From Plasmodiophora brassicae (Eukaryota), in contig CP145413.1 of NCBI GenBank assembly GCA_036867785.1, positions 744,001 through 808,000 on the forward strand: a DNA stretch of 64,000 bases, in the 5' to 3' direction. The notes beneath the pieces are model-generated. The model made no database searches, was not told the DNA's origin, and saw only the letters and a program-made list of their open reading frames with translations. A program made the translations under genes and the position numbers. Positions 33,228 through 45,047 of the stretch are shown here, piece after piece (the stretch's first letter is position 1; each line of letters opens with the position of its first letter).

Positions 33228-34865
33228 AAGAGGACTATTCTGTGATAACTGAATAAATCCCGAACCCCGCGACGGACTTCGCCAGTCCGTCAAAGCGTTC
33301 GTTGCATCAGCTTGCCTGATCGTGACAGCTGATGGATCCAGCATCGAATGTCCAGTGATAAGATGAAGGGTTTCGCCTGATGTTCGGGGAATTCCAACGA
33401 CATAATGTTCGCCGCCACATCCATGCCAGAATATCGCATTTGCCCAAACACGAGAGGATTCCCATGATTGCAGGAGTATTCCGAACTACGGCCACACCTG
33501 AGGAGAGTAACGGCTATCAACAGACATATCGCCAAAGGGACCAATTAGATGCATGCGTTGATTACCTCAGCCTCACCGCAGCTGACGTTATCTGGTAATT
33601 TGCGGAAATGTTCCTTGGCTGCCCCCTTGTCGATCCATCATTCTATAGGGAAAGTCCAGACAACGCCGCGAACTGGACCGAAGTACTTGACACTATATAT
33701 CGGGAACGTGGACTTAAAGGAAGGCACCTACAGTGACGCTCCCATAAGTTGTCTGCCTGAGAGCAGAGTCCAGTCGATCAACTTACTGATATTGTAAAAC
33801 GAAACGGGCGGCAGCATCTCGAGCTTTGTCAGACAGCGGCGAAACTGCAACGCTATCTGAGGAGCACCTGCCGTCCTCGTCGGTGCTTTCCAGCGGGGTT
33901 CAGCCGTCGTCTTCATCATTACGAAGTAGGGCCGCGCTTCCAGAGTGTCGCTGTATACCGCCAACGGGGCGCCCTTGCGGGTTGTCGTCAAGTGACGGTG
34001 CTTCCCTGACATCACTGTCATAGGGTGGGGACAACCCTCCGCGGTTGAGATGCAGCGGCACCTGGTTACCATCCCCGGATGGTAACGAATCCCGGCGCGA
34101 GGGAACTCGTGGATCCCATGGTGAGCGCGACGAATTCGTTGGCGGCCACAGAAGACTGGAATCGGACGCGGTCGCGCGGTGGCGGACGTTGCGTTTGGGG
34201 GGTGACATCGATACGCGGTGCCTCGTAGTGCCACGTCGCATAGGCTCGACCTGCACCGGGAAGCACTGTACTGTCACGAGACTAAACCCATCGATCTCCG
34301 CCCCATCGGGGCGCGCAGACGCCGGCACGTGAGTCACCCAGGCAACCACATCGTACCGTCACGGCCATGGGTTGCGCCGGAAAATGGTGTCTTTAAACAT
34401 CGAAAACATTGCCATGTCGTGCGCGTGCTGCGGTATATTGAGGTTCGCCCTAATATTGAGTGGATCACGGACTCCGACAACATCCGCGAGGGCGGAGGGG
34501 GCCGCGGAGGCGCGTTATTTGAAAGGACTACCGTACGACGTCGATGGCGCCCGCATCTTCTCGCCGGCAGGCGGACGTTCGCGAAGTCGCGTTCGAGCCG
34601 CGCCAGACGGGGATCCGCCTTCGCCAATCGCGTCCCTGGAAGACGAAGACGAGCAGTCTCGTCGTGACGGCCTGGCTGCGTCTCCTCCGAATCAACTGCC
34701 TTTTCACCACCCGTGTCCGATCGGGAAGAAAGGTTGCATCGACGACACACGATCGCACTATCATACGTCTGAATGGTCTTCCGTTAGCAGTGAGGGAAAA
34801 ACATGGGAATGGCGGCAGCGGCAGTGCAAAGACTGGACCGTCTATTGATCCAGGCTCACCTGCAG

Positions 34866-35538
34866 TCATTTCTCGGCAAAGGTGTCCGCCAGAGAAACGA
34901 CTCGGCGCGCGTTCAATTTCTCTTGTGCAAGGAAACGTTGAGGCAGTATGTAGAATCTATATCTCGTTTGCAACAAATTTGACATGTTCCGTTGTCAGGT
35001 TGGTCCTGGACCACAAGCTGGCAGATGTTGTGGCCTTGTCTACTAAAAAGGAGTTGCCAAGACGGGTACAGCAATGGCTTGTGGAGGAACACCAGATCGA
35101 GCAGGCCGTTGCTGAGACGTTTCCGTTCGAAGAAATCAAAATCTGTAAGTTCGGTTAAGCGTGCCATGTCGGCCCTGCTTCTTATTGGGATGCGTTACAG
35201 TCATCCAAAATGAGCTCAAGCTTCGACGGCTCGCCTCAGGCATCTCAACAAGCAACAAGAGCCCTGTCAAGAGGCAGAAAGCGTGCCTTGTCGATCATCC
35301 GAGCTTGATGATGGACGACCACGGCATCGCTGTCAACGCGGACGTTGGAATCGTTGACCGCTGTGTCGGTCTGCTGCTGCAACAGGGCCTTCCGCAAGAA
35401 TGGTTTTGCTTCCTGGAAGTGCTGCGAAGTGAAATAGCACTCCAGTGCCCGATGTTCGACAACGTAACGCTCTCCACCAAGGTCGACTTGCCGCGTCACG
35501 TCGGCAATTGGATCCGGCGGCATCTAGCACGGCAATGA
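34866..35538 (+). CDS. Intron-containing unknown gene fragment within the 26961-36091 insertion
   Basis: Adjacent ORFs can be linked through GTATGT..CAG (~34946-34998) and GTAAGT..CAG (~35146-35200) introns; no recognisable domain. Confidence 0.35.
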
Positions 35539-36905
35539 CGCTCCCGTCGAACGGCAAGGGACGATGGTATTGTCACAGAAAATTCTGAGCTGTGAAATGT
35601 GAATACAGTACGCGAATCCATTCGTTTCAGAAGTCTTGGAAAAATGGCATTCGTACTCACAATGTATCGTGGTCGGATACAGAACAAGTATTCCGCCCAT
35701 ACATTGTCGATACAGCTGTCAGCGATCGGATGTCCTGCGACGTATTACGCAGTGCATCCTGAGTACAGATCTACATGTCGGGGATGTATTGCGCCGCGCA
35801 GTCGGAATGCAGTTATATATGGCTTCAACCTACTGGACTGCGCAGACAGGGTACATCGTTCTATATCGTCAATGTATCATATCTGGGTACATCGGCAATA
35901 GGCGGAGTTTTGTATTGCGAATGAATTTATTTTCGGTCCAGTGGGAGTTCGACATAGTCGTGGCACTACAGATAATGATTCCACGAGTGAGAAGAAGAGC
36001 TGCAGATCGAAGGATTAGCAGTACGCAACCTGGTGCAGATGAATTAGACGGAAATAACGAATTTCCTCCAAGCTTCCATCCCAATATGGTGTAGAGTACA
36101 GAAACCCCAGATTGAGCTCAAACACGTCAAGGCTATGTCATGTATCAGACCAACAAAGCTGCAGAAGCTGTGCGATCTCAGCTCCTCGTACCATTGAATC
36201 GTTTTTCGAACAGAAGATGTCCGAGGACCGCGAATTTCAGGCATTAACCCATAAAGCATCATCAGTCCTGAGTTGCATCGCAGGTCCTCTGGTAGGCAGA
36301 GGTTGATCGACAGCATGGGCGTTCGGGATTTGCTAACCCATTTTGTCACGCGGGCGGCATCGATACCAGTCGACGTTGCGATCGGAATACAACCGTCCCT
36401 GAGAAGCATAACAAACCCGACAACAATAAGTGGGCGGTACGCACGAGTCAACTCAGTACGTACTGTTTGCATTGTTCTGCGAAGGGAACGAACACGTTGC
36501 GAAATATGCTACCGTCACACCAATCGTCATAGACGTCGCGCGGGTTATCGGCGATATCTTCAAAACGGCTGATCTCTGAATGTATTGCGTCCGCTAAACA
36601 TTTCGCCCTCAGTGTTTGTTGAACCTACGATACAGTCAGCGACCGACAACGACAATTGTTGACTGAATAATGAGGTTACTGTACCTGTATGAGACGCGGT
36701 AGGTAATAAAATGGCTCAGTCTTACCCCTACAACAAGGCGACCTTCCGCCAACTTCTTTCCTGTCCGCCGGAAACACATGACCTTCTGGACAGACCCCTA
36801 CCACCCTTGAAGCTGCAAAAAAAATTTTAGGCTGGCGTCGGCGAAAACACGACGTTGCGCGCGCAAACAAGCGCAAACAAGCGCATACTTGCGCAACGTT
36901 GCCTC

Positions 36906-37082
36906 AAAACTGGTACAACTGGTAGCAAAACTGGTACAACTGGTACGCGAAACTGGTACAACTGGTACGCGAAACTGGTACAACTGGTACGCGAAACTGG
37001 TACAACTGGTAGCAAAACTGGTACAACTGGCAGCAAAACTGGTACAACTGGCAGCAAAACAAGTACAACTGATAGCGAAACT
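36906..37082 (+). repeat. Subterminal 21-bp tandem repeat AAAACTGGTACAACTGGTAGC, inverted copy at 47929-48050
   Basis: Directly visible at both ends in opposite orientation. Confidence 0.92.
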
Positions 37083-37386
37083 AGCTCCTCCTTGGGCGAA
37101 TGTTCGGTCGGGCGGTCGTGTTGGGGAAAGCTACAAACGCCTAGACCTCATAAAGAACAAAAGCATATTGTCAATGGGCGCGCGTCGTACGTACCCGCCC
37201 TGGCGGTTTCGGCTGCCGCGCCGTGCTTCGAATCGCATTCGTCGGACGCCCTCGTGACTACCACGGGACTAACAATGGCTAATGTTGTCTGTGTGGTCAG
37301 CTGCGGAAGAGCAGGTCGTCTGTGCCGATGTTGACTCGACGGCGGTGAGTGAGGGACGCTATCGCGTTGCTGGTGCAGACGGTACT

Positions 37387-39182
37387 TGTCACGATCAGGC
37401 AAGCTGATGCAACGAACGCTTTGACGGACTGGCGAAGTCCGTCGCGGGGTTCTCGGTTTATTCCGGACAGTCCTCACATAATAGTCCCCTTCTAGCGATG
37501 GGCCTCTGACGGGTCCGGGATAGAAGGGCAGACGGATGGCCTCTGATGGGTCGCAGACGAACGGACAGGCGGATGAGCAGGCAGACGGGCGGGCAGACGG
37601 ACGGACAGACGAACGATGAGCAGGCAGACGGGCGGGCAGACGGACGGACAGACGGACGAACGGGCAGACGGACGGACAGACGGACGAACGGGCAGACGGA
37701 CGGACAGACGGACGAACGGGCAGACGGACGGATTAGAAGACGGACGGAGAGACGGGCGGGCGGGCAGACGGACGAACAGGTTTGGTTAGTGACAGCACGT
37801 CGCAACCGAGGCCTTGACGTTGTGCAGGAGATGCCGAGGCGGGATCGACATTGGCGGACGGACGGACGGGTAGAGACAGCAAGCGGTCAGGGAAACACCG
37901 GCGGCCTGGGAGGCAAACAGCACGGCGGGACACGCGCACTCTGGAACTTGGACCAGCTGCGACCGAGGCCTTGACGTTGTGCAGGAGATGCCGAGGCGGG
38001 ATCGGCACGGACGGACGGGAAGAGACAGCAAGTGGTCAGGGGAACACCGGTGGCCTGAGAGGCATACAGCACGGCGGGACACGTACTCTGGGACTTGGAC
38101 CAGGTACGACCAAGGCCTTGACGTTCTGCGGGGGATGCCGAGACGAGATCGGCACGGACGGACGGACGGGTGGGAAGAGACAGCAAGCAGTCAGGGGAAC
38201 ACCGGTGGCCTGAGAGGCATACAGCACGGCGGGACACGCACTCTGGGACTTGGACCAGGTACGACCGAGGCCTTGACGTTTTGCGGGGGATGCCGAGGCG
38301 AGATCGGCACGGACGGACGGACGGGCGGAAGAGACAGCAAGCGGTCAGGGGAACACCGGTGGCCTGAGAGGCATACAGCACGGCGGGACACGCACTCTGG
38401 GACTTGGACCAGGTACGACCGAGGCCTTGACGTTCTGCGGGGGATGCCGAGGCGAGATCGGCACGGACGGACGGACGGGCGGGAAGAGACAGCAAGCGGT
38501 CAGGGGAACACCGGTGGCCTGAGAGGCATACAGCACGGCGGGACACGCACTCTGGGACTTGGACCAGGTACGACCGAGGCCTTGACGTTCTGCGGGGGAT
38601 GCCGAGGCGAGATCGGCACGGACGGACGGGAAGAGACAGCAAGCGGTCAGGGGAACACCGGTGGCCTGAGAGGCATACAGCACGGCGGGACACGCACTCT
38701 GGGACTTGGACCAGGTACGACCGAGGCCTTGACGTTCTGCGGGGGATGCCGAGGCGAGATCGGCACGGACGGACGGGAAGAGACAGCAAGCGGTCAGGGG
38801 AACACCGGTGGCCTGAGAGGCATACAGCACGGCGGGACACGCACTCTGGGACTTGGACCAGGTACGACCGAGGCCTTGACGTTCTGCGGGAGATGCCGAG
38901 GCGAGATCGGCACGGACGGACGGGAAGAGACAGCAAGCGGTCAGGGGAACACCGGTGGCCTGAGAGGCATACAGCACGGCGGGACACGTACTCTGGGACT
39001 TCGACCAGGTACCACCGAGGCCTTGACGTTCTGCAGGAGATGCCGAGGCGGGATCGACAGGAGGGTGGTGGGATAGGTAGTCCGTCAAAATGTCACGATC
39101 AGGCAAGCTGATGCAACGAACGCTTTGACGGACTGGCGAAGTCCGTCGCGGGGTTCTCGGTTTATTCCGGACAGTCCTCACA
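37387..39182 (-). mobile_element. Non-coding, tandem-repeat-filled non-autonomous partner of the 87-bp-LTR Gypsy
   Basis: 92-bp LTRs at 37387-37478 and 39091-39182 sharing the hairpin and R-U5 with the 87-bp LTR; PBS TTTTGACGGACTA; PPT AGAAGGGGA; flanks GTACT/TAGCG do not match. Confidence 0.9.
37805..39058. repeat. Tandem array of about 8 units of ~146-157 bp
   Basis: Unit starts ACCGAGGCCTTGACGTT; length varies by GACG copy number; GACGG-rich simple repeat at 37530-37780. Confidence 0.93.
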
Positions 39183-39711
39183 TAGCGATCGATTCCTGAT
39201 AGGCGCCCGCAGCCACCTGCGCCAGTACAACCTGGCATGTGTGGATGGGGTGTACAGCAAATCCCCGCTAAGGTCGTTGGGTAGTTCCCCGTCAACCACG
39301 CTGTGGCGACGTATGCTGTGACTCTTTGTCAGGCTCGTTTATACAAGTGTCTGTGTTCGTAAGCGGCCAGGCGCGGGCGTGCGAACGACGTTGACCGCGT
39401 GCGCCGCGCCGAGGTCAGTGACCAGATCGAGGACGAAGAACAACTATTGGGCCTCCAACAAGATATCCCGACGACGATCACGATTAGGACCCATCAGGTA
39501 CGCGCTGTGGTAGTCGTTGTCCCCGTCGTCGTGCACTGAACCGTGTCGGTAGAATGAGCGGGATCGTGTCAACCGCGATGAAGCGGTCATGGAGATAGAC
39601 AACGGGTTCGACGGCAATCTCCACGAAGGGAACCCGGATGAACGCGACGACGACCGCCGAGAGCCGGGCGACGACGACGATGTTGGAGACGACGAGGAGC
39701 TGGACACAGCG

Positions 39712-42700
39712 TGTGCTAACGCCGCCGCTGCCCACTACGGGGGCGGTCGGTCGCAAGAGTCGGCGCCTGGTGATATAACGAACTGATGTATTTGGACAGG
39801 ATCGTCACAGCAAGGGCCGCTGCGGGGTCGAGTACGGTCATGATCATGTGACCGGGTGGCAGCAGCATCTGAGCAGCATCATCTGAGTACTGGTACTCTG
39901 GATGAACACTCCCCGTGTTAGAAATCTGCTAACAGTCGTGAGCAGAGCGGGTCTCCTTCGGCTTGTCGTTCGAGGAAGGCCCTGACGATATCAGGAACAT
40001 CGGCCGCCATGACCGAGTAAGGTTCCCATGAATTGTCGGTGGCATCGAATCCGATCCAGTTGATCAGTAGTTCAGTGTCACCTGACGTAGAGTTGACTCG
40101 AATGTCCTCGACTGCGTTGACTTGGTAAGCCACGCCGGTGAGCGCGATGTTGTGCTTCAGGGAAGAGGTGACATTCAAGTGCGCATCTGCATAGAACATT
40201 AAGCGCTGGGCGTGTACATCTGAGATACGATCAGTCAAGAGATCTCGAACTCGATACACCCAGTCGTTGATGGTGTCGATAATCTGGGCAGGTCCAGTCC
40301 AGTTGTACTCGGACTTGGAGTGCTTGCCATGGTTGGCCACGAGAACATAGTCGCCCGTCGTGAAGTTGATCTCGCGAACATTGCGTCGGCGACGCCGGGC
40401 GCGTTGCTTGAGATCACGTAGATGGGTGCGTGTACGTGCCACTGCTTTGTGCATGTCCTCGAGAGAATCGATAAGTTCCGTCGTCATTTCCTTGAGACGG
40501 TCAGGGGTCAACGGTACGTCGATAACCGCGTCGATGCGTTTGTTGAAGATAATCGAGATAGGTGTCGAGGGTGGCAAACCCGTAAACATCGTGACAGGCG
40601 CGTAGCCCACACTTGATCGAACAGTGTGATTTACCGTCATGTTGATCAGCGGAAGGACATACGGCCAATCCTGGAATGGAAGATTTAGCTCGGAGAGGAG
40701 GGACTTCAGCAGAAAGAGAAGCCGCTTGTTGACAACCTCAACCGTGCCGTTCGCCCAAGGTGTGTAGGCAGTTGTGAAATGATGGTTGCAGTGTAACCGG
40801 CTATTAAGCTCGGCGATAACCGCGTTTTTGAAGTGTGTGCCGCGGTCAGAGACATGTTGGAAAACAATGCCGAAACGTTTGAACCAATCCAGAAGAGATT
40901 CGGCGACAACGCTGTGATCCGCGAATTGACAAGGAATTAACTCGACGAATGCCGTGGCGTCGTCCTTCAGAACCAGAACATAACGAAGTTGATGAGAATC
41001 GCCTGGACGAGGTTTGGATAAGAACAGAAAGTCATAGTGGATGACCTTATTGGGCTTGTCCGCATGCATAGCCGTGCCAAAAGGTCGGGGAATCATCGAA
41101 TCTTTGTTGCGTAGGCAGTGTAAGCATTTGTCCACAAATGCACGAACAAAGGAATCCAGATCAGGCCACCAGAAGAGTTGTGCGATGCTCGAAATAGTCG
41201 ATGCAGCAGGTTGATGACCAGACAGTCCCATATGTGAAATCACTGCGATGCGTAGCTGCAGTGCATGTGATGGTACCCAGAGTTGATTGTCTGGAGTACG
41301 CCAGCCAGATTCCGGGCTAAGGTGGAGAGACATGTCCCCTTCGAGTTGGAGAATATCGGAAACGGCAGATAGGTCGTGTTGGCGAATGTAGTCGGTCTGA
41401 GCGTTACTAATCTCGTCGACAGACGGCCAGATAAACTCATCGGTCATCTTGTAATCGTCGAAGTCAAGATTAATTGCCATATGACGAATAGAACGGAACG
41501 ATGGAGGGGAAAATGAGGAGAGTGGTTGCAGGGCGACGCCCCACCGCGTGGCGAGGTCGGCCCAAACGTTGTCCTCCCCAGCAATGTGCTCAATGTGAAA
41601 ATCTAGGTCGATAATCTGAAGTCGCCAGCGCTCCAAGCGATCGCCGGTCGTCCGACTAATTCGTGCAACCGAGGCTGGGTTCAGAATGAAAACCAAATTA
41701 CGGTGGTCCGTGAAGATTCGAAGTGCCAACTTTGACATAGATATGAAGTGTCTGAGGCGATAGCAGCCTTCGATGATGGCGTAGGCCTCCTTCTCAATGG
41801 TCGCCCACTTCAATTGAGAACCACGGAATGTCCCCGAGATGAACGACAAAGGTTCGTGGTGTTGCTCACCGTACGGAAGATCAATATCTTCCGGAGGGAT
41901 CTGCGACAGGAAAACAGACCAGAAACGGTCACTCGCATCCGGAAAGAGACACATGATCCATTCGTCCTTGGTGTGCGCCAGCGTCATGGCCTCCGATAGT
42001 CGATGCTTCAGAGAATTGAAACTGGTGAGATGGTCAGTGGTCCAGCCGATGTCGGCTAAACGAACTCGACGTAGGTGTGATTTCTTCAGACTGCTGACAG
42101 AACGAGAAGCGGACAGAAGTAGATCCTGTAGCGGATGAACATGTGCCGCGAATTGAGGGATAACAGAACGGACCCAATTGAGGCCCGAGAGGAACTGTTG
42201 GAGATCAGCAGCCGTGATAGGAGTTGATAGATCGTGCAAGGCGTTGAGATACGAGCGATCGAACGACACTCCATCAGCGGATATAACGCGACCGCACCAT
42301 GTCACTGAAGTGAGATATAACTGGCAGCGATCAGGGTTGAGTTTAACTCCAAACTCGTCGAAAGCGTTGAGAAGAGATTCGAGTGTGTCCATGTAGGCTC
42401 CGAATCCAGATACGTAGCCGAGGATATCGTCGATCCAGAGTAGGGCGCAGATATATAGAAGTTTCCCCAACACCTGTTGCATTCCCGCCTGGAACGCAAA
42501 CACGCAATCAGCGATTCCCTGGATGATGCGCCTGGGTGTAAACGTGGCGATGTGCGTCATGAACGAGCAGGCCTCCTGCGAATCAGGGTGCAACGGAAAT
42601 TGCCAATAGCCTTTAAAGGCATCGAACAGCATGAAGATGGTCGCGGAACGTAGGTAGGTCAGGATGATGTCGATGTGAGGCATCGGCCATGCAATGCGTT

Positions 42701-45047
42701 CGGTCTGTTTGTTGACGGCTTCATTGATGTCGACGGTCAGCCGATGGCCGCGAACCTCCGTGTCCTTCTTGTCGACGACCAGACACGGCGACGCGTACCT
42801 GCTGTGCGGATTGCGGTACACAAAATCGTTTTCCGCCAAGGTTCCTACGTGATCATCCATGAATTTTTGATGTTCGAGGGTATACCTTCGTGTTCGGCAA
42901 CGAACAGGACGAGCATCTGCTTTGAAGTGTAGTTTCAGTGGACTTACTTTCGCAGGTGGATCACGGCCAAGCTTCGTTCGCCATATGTCTTTGTGTCGAT
43001 TGACAGTTGTGCGTAGACGCGGGACTTGATCGTTAGGGAAACCGGAGTCAGTTGCACGTTGTATCATCCGGTCTATTGCCCTGTCCACGTCTGTATCGGA
43101 GTGTTCTCCGATTTCGACATCATAGTCGTCACCCGGATCATTGGTGTCCAATTGGGGCTCATGATCGCGAGTTGTTCCACTTACCTCCGGGTGTCTTACC
43201 GCTCTCATCGTGATCCCTTGACCACCTGGGGCGTGACGTTCCGGGGTCGGATCCGCTTCGATGATGATAGGACCATTTGCCTCGATTAACATCTCCTTCA
43301 GTTGTGTAGCTGGATTGATACCCAACGCGTCCAGTTCCGGGGCTCCTAAAAGGACAATGTCATCAGATAGGTCTTCGCGACATACGTTGATTTCCCGCCC
43401 GCGTAGATGTGCAGGTTTGCCATGCGAAGGTGGGACAATGGTGATGTCCACGATCGCTGTGGCGACAATTGTTGTCGTAGCCCCGATCGTTGCAAGTTTC
43501 GCCTCCGTTGGATGGTCGAACACTTTGACTGGGACATGCTGGATGGCTTGAATCCGTAGCAGTTGCGATTGCGAAATGACGGTCTTCGTCGCACCACTAT
43601 CGGCTTCGAATGGAAGGTCGAGCGAGTTCTGGAAGCGAAGTCTCATAGGGGACGGTGTTGACGGCGACGGCGGGCCCATGCGCTTTGCCGTGTCTGCGTT
43701 GCCCTTACTCTCCTCCTTCTCTTTGCGCTCTTTCTGGAACTTTTCAATGGCAGCTTTGCGTTCTCCTTGAGTTGCCTTCGGGCACACTTGGACCCAGTGC
43801 TGCTCCTTGCAGATTAGGCAACCTGCCTTTGGAGGATCCTTACCTTCGAAACGTTTTCGGATGTGCTCGGGGATGTCCCTCGATTCGTCTTTCGTTTGCG
43901 ATGTGGACGATTGAGCTGTCTTCAGTCCGATCGGATTTGTCGGATGCTTGCCGCCATTCCTATTCGGAGCAACAACGTCCTTACCTTTCTTACCTGCAGG
44001 TGGGGACATGGTCTGCGCTGGAGACTTCTTCTTCTCAGCTTGCAGCCGGAAGTGTTTGTCCTGCTCTTTGGCAAGACGGTCGACGAGGTCGAAGAATTTG
44101 AGCTCGTCCTTCTCAGCGTCCCTGCACCCTCCGAACTCGATCGCGCGTTCGACTAGAACCGCAAGGTCAGTGGGACGGATACCTCCGCGTAATACCTTGA
44201 TCTTGCGCTTGGTTCCTTTCGTTCCTTTGGCGTATGTGTCTTGTAGCCCATAGTCGTCGATTAGCTCATCGAACTTGGCGAAGAAAGACGTGACACGTTC
44301 CTCAATACTCTTGATTGACAGGTTCATGACCACTGTCTTCGTGAGAAGCGCCTTGATGTCTGTCGAACTCTCGACATCAGCCTCCCTGCGTTGGACTGAC
44401 CTCAAGTAGCTCATGATGTCGCCATCCGTGATCGTGCTGGCGGGTTGACGTAGGCGATATTTCGACATCCCTCTGAGGACGTCCTCGGTAATGCATGACT
44501 TCACCGTTGGCGGATGAATATCCTCCTTGTAGATCAGTCGGCGCTCGTTAACGATCTCGACGTGTTTCCTATATTTCTTGAGGAAATCGTTAATTCCGTC
44601 CTTGGCCGTAAGGCTCAGGGTACGTAGGATGGGCGGTTTCAAAGGCATAAAGATCGGGCTCTTACCGTGCAGGTTTGTTGACTGAAGCCCTCGATCGATT
44701 TCGTCATCTGTCGACGATTCATGCTCCTTGGCCTCGGCGTCGGAGTTGGTCCTGGCGTCGTCCTCCATCTGTAGACGAACGGGCGCTCTGCGGCCACCTC
44801 CTGCCATTAAGTGAGTTCGTTTGCTTGGGGCTCTTTGCGCAAGAAGCTTCTGTGCTAACGCCGCCGCTGCCCACTACGGGGGCGGTCGGTCGCAAGAGTC
44901 GGCGCCTGGTGATATAACGAACTGATGTATTTGGACAGGATCGTCACAGCAAGGGCCGCTGCGGGGTCGAGTACGGTCATGATCATGTGACCGGGTGGCA
45001 GCAGCATCTGAGCAGCATCATCTGAGTACTGGTACTCTGGATGAACA
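39712..45047 (-). mobile_element. Second chromodomain-bearing Ty3/Gypsy lineage, intact (5336 bp)
   Basis: 197-bp LTRs at 39712-39908 and 44851-45047, identical by eye; TSD CAGCG; PPT GGGGAG. Confidence 0.97.
39918..44807 (-). CDS. Single-ORF Gag-Pol, 1629 aa, with C-terminal chromodomain
   Basis: CLICKEQHWVQVC; ADSGAT; DAFKGYWQ..WIDD; PDASD..EKEAYA; HYDF..SDRGTHF..NGTVE; LLINWIGFDATDNSWEP. Confidence 0.96.
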   Translation of the reverse strand: MAGGGRRAPVRLQMEDDARTNSDAEAKEHESSTDDEIDRGLQSTNLHGKSPIFMPLKPPILRTLSLTAKDGINDFLKKYRKHVEIVNERRLIYKEDIHPPTVKSCITEDVLRGMSKYRLRQPASTITDGDIMSYLRSVQRREADVESSTDIKALLTKTVVMNLSIKSIEERVTSFFAKFDELIDDYGLQDTYAKGTKGTKRKIKVLRGGIRPTDLAVLVERAIEFGGCRDAEKDELKFFDLVDRLAKEQDKHFRLQAEKKKSPAQTMSPPAGKKGKDVVAPNRNGGKHPTNPIGLKTAQSSTSQTKDESRDIPEHIRKRFEGKDPPKAGCLICKEQHWVQVCPKATQGERKAAIEKFQKERKEKEESKGNADTAKRMGPPSPSTPSPMRLRFQNSLDLPFEADSGATKTVISQSQLLRIQAIQHVPVKVFDHPTEAKLATIGATTTIVATAIVDITIVPPSHGKPAHLRGREINVCREDLSDDIVLLGAPELDALGINPATQLKEMLIEANGPIIIEADPTPERHAPGGQGITMRAVRHPEVSGTTRDHEPQLDTNDPGDDYDVEIGEHSDTDVDRAIDRMIQRATDSGFPNDQVPRLRTTVNRHKDIWRTKLGRDPPAKVSPLKLHFKADARPVRCRTRRYTLEHQKFMDDHVGTLAENDFVYRNPHSRYASPCLVVDKKDTEVRGHRLTVDINEAVNKQTERIAWPMPHIDIILTYLRSATIFMLFDAFKGYWQFPLHPDSQEACSFMTHIATFTPRRIIQGIADCVFAFQAGMQQVLGKLLYICALLWIDDILGYVSGFGAYMDTLESLLNAFDEFGVKLNPDRCQLYLTSVTWCGRVISADGVSFDRSYLNALHDLSTPITAADLQQFLSGLNWVRSVIPQFAAHVHPLQDLLLSASRSVSSLKKSHLRRVRLADIGWTTDHLTSFNSLKHRLSEAMTLAHTKDEWIMCLFPDASDRFWSVFLSQIPPEDIDLPYGEQHHEPLSFISGTFRGSQLKWATIEKEAYAIIEGCYRLRHFISMSKLALRIFTDHRNLVFILNPASVARISRTTGDRLERWRLQIIDLDFHIEHIAGEDNVWADLATRWGVALQPLSSFSPPSFRSIRHMAINLDFDDYKMTDEFIWPSVDEISNAQTDYIRQHDLSAVSDILQLEGDMSLHLSPESGWRTPDNQLWVPSHALQLRIAVISHMGLSGHQPAASTISSIAQLFWWPDLDSFVRAFVDKCLHCLRNKDSMIPRPFGTAMHADKPNKVIHYDFLFLSKPRPGDSHQLRYVLVLKDDATAFVELIPCQFADHSVVAESLLDWFKRFGIVFQHVSDRGTHFKNAVIAELNSRLHCNHHFTTAYTPWANGTVEVVNKRLLFLLKSLLSELNLPFQDWPYVLPLINMTVNHTVRSSVGYAPVTMFTGLPPSTPISIIFNKRIDAVIDVPLTPDRLKEMTTELIDSLEDMHKAVARTRTHLRDLKQRARRRRRNVREINFTTGDYVLVANHGKHSKSEYNWTGPAQIIDTINDWVYRVRDLLTDRISDVHAQRLMFYADAHLNVTSSLKHNIALTGVAYQVNAVEDIRVNSTSGDTELLINWIGFDATDNSWEPYSVMAADVPDIVRAFLERQAEGDPLCSRLLADF

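Larger units (their letters stand above)
27791..33327 (+). mobile_element. Chromodomain Ty3/Gypsy copy A, intact (5537 bp)
   Basis: 87-bp LTRs at 27791-27877 and 33241-33327, identical by eye; TSD GCTGA; PPT AGAAGAGGA. Confidence 0.98.
26961..36091. mobile_element. Putative CAC...GTG-terminated insertion in the CACTA transposase (about 3.6 kb own sequence plus a nested Gypsy)
   Basis: TAG|CAC...GTG|TAG; removal joins WGFCTL to LKHVKDH in frame; weak TIR similarity beyond CAC. Confidence 0.4.

Noticed and set aside
36855-37334. Repetitive peptides KTGTTGS / AKLVQLV
   Set aside because: Translations of 21-bp subterminal DNA repeats, mirrored at 47929-48050.
37805-39058. CRISPR array or hammerhead-ribozyme (retrozyme) array
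   Set aside because: Units are contiguous without unique spacers, no cas genes are present, and no CUGANGA plus GAAA core was found on either strand.
37887-39295. Long ORFs (316-366 aa) over the tandem array
   Set aside because: The 146-bp unit is not a multiple of 3 and ORFs occur on both strands; by-product of GC-rich repeats.
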